DNA from: Clostridia bacterium
GTDB taxonomy: Bacteria; Bacillota; Clostridia; Oscillospirales; CAG-272
NCBI GenBank assembly: GCA_017631325.1
Contig: JAGBTM010000045.1
Span: forward strand, 71,348-135,347
Reading direction: 5' to 3'
Length of the DNA stretch: 64,000 bases
The notes beneath the pieces are model-generated. The model was not told the DNA's origin. It worked only from the letters and a program-made list of their open reading frames with translations, and made no database searches. The position numbers and the translations under genes are program-made. Shown here piece after piece: positions 63,101 through 64,000 of the stretch; position 1 is the stretch's first letter, and every line of letters begins with the position of its first letter.

Positions 63101-64000
63101 TAATTTTTACCGCACCGATTTCGATAATCTTCGAGCTTCTGTTTGAAAGACCCGTGGTCTCAAGGTCGAAAACTATCATTTCCTCATCGAACGAGGGATA
63201 ATCGGTACCGAATGCGCATCTTTCGGTATCGTTTACGTAGTACGCCTCGATACCGTATAGTATTTTTAAGTCCTCAGAGCCCGAGCGCTCGAGCGCAAGC
63301 ATTACCTCCGGGAAGGACTGAACGTTTCCGTGGTCGGTAACCGCTATTGCCTTGTGTCCCCAGCGAATAGCCGTGCTGACAAGCTCCTCGGGTGTGATAA
63401 GAGCGTCCATCTGCGACATTTTGGTATGCAGATGAAGCTCAACTCGCTTATTTTCTGCCGTGTCCATACGCTCGACCGTTTTTATCTTTTTGATACCGAG
63501 TGGCATAATTGTCGGCTCGTTATCAAATTTATCAAGCTGAACCTTTCCGAAAACGGCAAGGTTTATATCCTTTTTCTTGTTCTTTTTAACTGCGCCCTCG
63601 AGGTCCTTTACCCAGCCGATTTCCTCGTTTTTGAGCGTCCTCTTTATGTACATAGCAGATGCGCCGTCGGAAATTCCTATGGTACAGTTGGTTTTGTCAC
63701 CCGCACGTGTTTCCTTCATAGTAACCTCAAAGGCTGTACCGAGGGTAACGATTCGCGCTCTCTTTGGCGCGTCTGAAAGGGGCGTGGGCTCTATAATCTC
63801 AAAATCCTCACCGAAAATAAGCTCGGGAGAAGAAAAATCGTACACGGTAGCGCCCATTCTGTGCGTCGTGTCGGTTATTACGTCAACCTCACCCGTGGCT
63901 GACGATATTCCGGCTCTCACCTCAAAATCGTAGTGAGGGTCGGCCTCGCGCTCACGCTGTTCCTTTTCTTTAATGAGGGTCTCGCGCTCTCTTTTGGCAC
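60135..64000 (-). CDS. polC: PolC-type DNA polymerase III alpha subunit (N-terminus outside window)
   Basis: PHP 'VELHLHTKMSQMDA', the inserted 3'-5' exonuclease 'VFDLETTGLS', and the polymerase core. The frame stays open upstream of the listed start (..DPHYDFEVRAG..) to the window edge. Confidence 0.95.
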   Translation of the reverse strand, partial: AKRERETLIKEKEQREREADPHYDFEVRAGISSATGEVDVITDTTHRMGATVYDFSSPELIFGEDFEIIEPTPLSDAPKRARIVTLGTAFEVTMKETRAGDKTNCTIGISDGASAMYIKRTLKNEEIGWVKDLEGAVKKNKKKDINLAVFGKVQLDKFDNEPTIMPLGIKKIKTVERMDTAENKRVELHLHTKMSQMDALITPEELVSTAIRWGHKAIAVTDHGNVQSFPEVMLALERSGSEDLKILYGIEAYYVNDTERCAFGTDYPSFDEEMIVFDLETTGLSNRSSKIIEIGAVKIKEGKVLEKFDIFVDPECPIPPEITNLTSITDDMVKGAPKEREAILQFLEFAGDRLLIAHNANFDVGFIRVASERQNIPFKNPYLDTVGLSKYVNPELTKHKLNIIAEHYKLGDFHHHRASDDAEMLAAIFFVMLDRLKSEGISTFTAMMEAMSEKTDPLKLRPYHMIIFAKNKEGLKNLYKLISYSYLDYYRRFPRMPKSIIEQHREGLIIGSACEAGELYGAILDGRSDDAIEEIASFYDYLEIQPLSNNRFLIDEGRVADEEALKDINRRIYKLGKKLGKPVCATCDAHFLNKEDEIYRRILLAGMKFSDADKEMPIYLRTTDEMLAEFEYFGEDIAREVVIENPSKIADMCERIRPIPEGSYQPSLPGANEELAESCWKRAREWFGENLPEVVETRLKKELDSIIKNGFAVLYMIAVKLVAYSESLGYLVGSRGSVGSSLVATMSGISEVNPLPPHYRCLKCKYSEFFTDGSVGSGFDLPDKRCPVCGELLFQDGHDIPFETFLGFYGDKSPDIDLNFSGDVQGRVHKYTEDLFGKGHVFRAGTTGTLADKTAWGYISKYLEERKIKIPKAEMSHMVTKMVGIKRTTGQHPGGIIVVPREYDIYDFTPVQHPADDPKSDIITTHFQFTYLHDTILKLDELGHDIPTKYKMLERYTNTSVLDVKMNDRSVYELFASTRPLGISPADIGGCLLGTYGIPEMGTRFIQQVLIDAKPQTFADLLQISGLTHGTDVWLGNAQELIKAGTCTISEVVGTRDGIMIYLIQKGLDNSVAFKIMEDVRKGRGLKPDYEKEMLEHGVPEWYIWSCKKIKYMFPKAHAAAYDMSAIRLGWYKIYYPMEFYAAFLTVAPGGFDAEIVGRGYEGVSAHIKEIEEKGVEATAKENETCQTLYLVREAMARGVKFLNVDLKKSDATAFLPENGRIRMPFNSLPGLGDKAADKIIAARDEHEIYSIEDLRQHTGISKAVIELLRRNHVLDGLSETNQFSLF

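Noticed and set aside
63918-63920. Listed start codon of polC (MRAG...)
   Set aside because: It is an internal GTG. The reading frame remains open upstream (..AKRERETLIKEKEQREREADPHYDFEVRAG..) to the window edge, and 1261 aa is short for PolC, so the gene is 5'-truncated by the window.
1-64000. Searched by eye for defence systems, prophage or transposon genes, toxin-antitoxin pairs, rRNA and tRNA
   Set aside because: I recognised no nuclease, helicase or methylase defence-type proteins, no integrase or transposase, and no phage structural genes. The only compositionally foreign segment is the 0.8-kb islet at 55506-56290, reported above.

Overview
This is a 64-kb chromosomal window from an endospore-forming Firmicute of class Clostridia, roughly 50% G+C by eye. 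The taxonomic markers are PolC, SpoIIR, an SLH protein, NfnAB and AGGAGG-type ribosome-binding sites; the species cannot be named without a search. I count about 49 protein genes, roughly three quarters on the minus strand, and most are core housekeeping. They include a truncated aminotransferase, spoIIR, smpB, tgt, the miaB/ylbF-like/mutS/mutL block, yebC, argS, hom, sdaA, nfnAB, nnr, pepD, M29 and M3 peptidases, a melA-like GH4 with an AraC regulator, nifS-nifU-mnmA, an ABC exporter, and polC (truncated at the right edge). I saw no rRNA, tRNA, tmRNA, CRISPR array, transposase, integrase or recognisable defence genes.

The best candidate for an undescribed system is a 13.4-kb, seven-gene minus-strand operon (36147-49557). 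It runs from a perfect TTGACA-17-TATAAT promoter to a strong terminator. It encodes a 1166-aa secreted solute-binding-protein fusion, a permease pair, a 753-aa NHL-propeller/TPR/Yip1 membrane protein, a 1223-aa secreted protein of unknown function, and a second permease pair. It has no ATPase, no regulator and no recognisable hydrolase.

The second candidate is a 0.8-kb AT-rich islet (55506-56290). A consensus promoter there fires directly into a ~157-nt rod-like structured RNA, followed by an intrinsic terminator and a small Zn-ribbon membrane ORF with clearly foreign codon usage.

Other observations:
- Two matching sigmaF-like promoters sit upstream of spoIIR and a SpoIIQ-like M23 gene.
- Locus-specific degenerate tandem 'stutter' repeats fill many intercistronic and 3' spaces.
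- A GTAAAT/ATTTAC palindrome array lies upstream of the big operon.

All functional calls come from motif recognition by eye. No database search, fold prediction or statistics were run.
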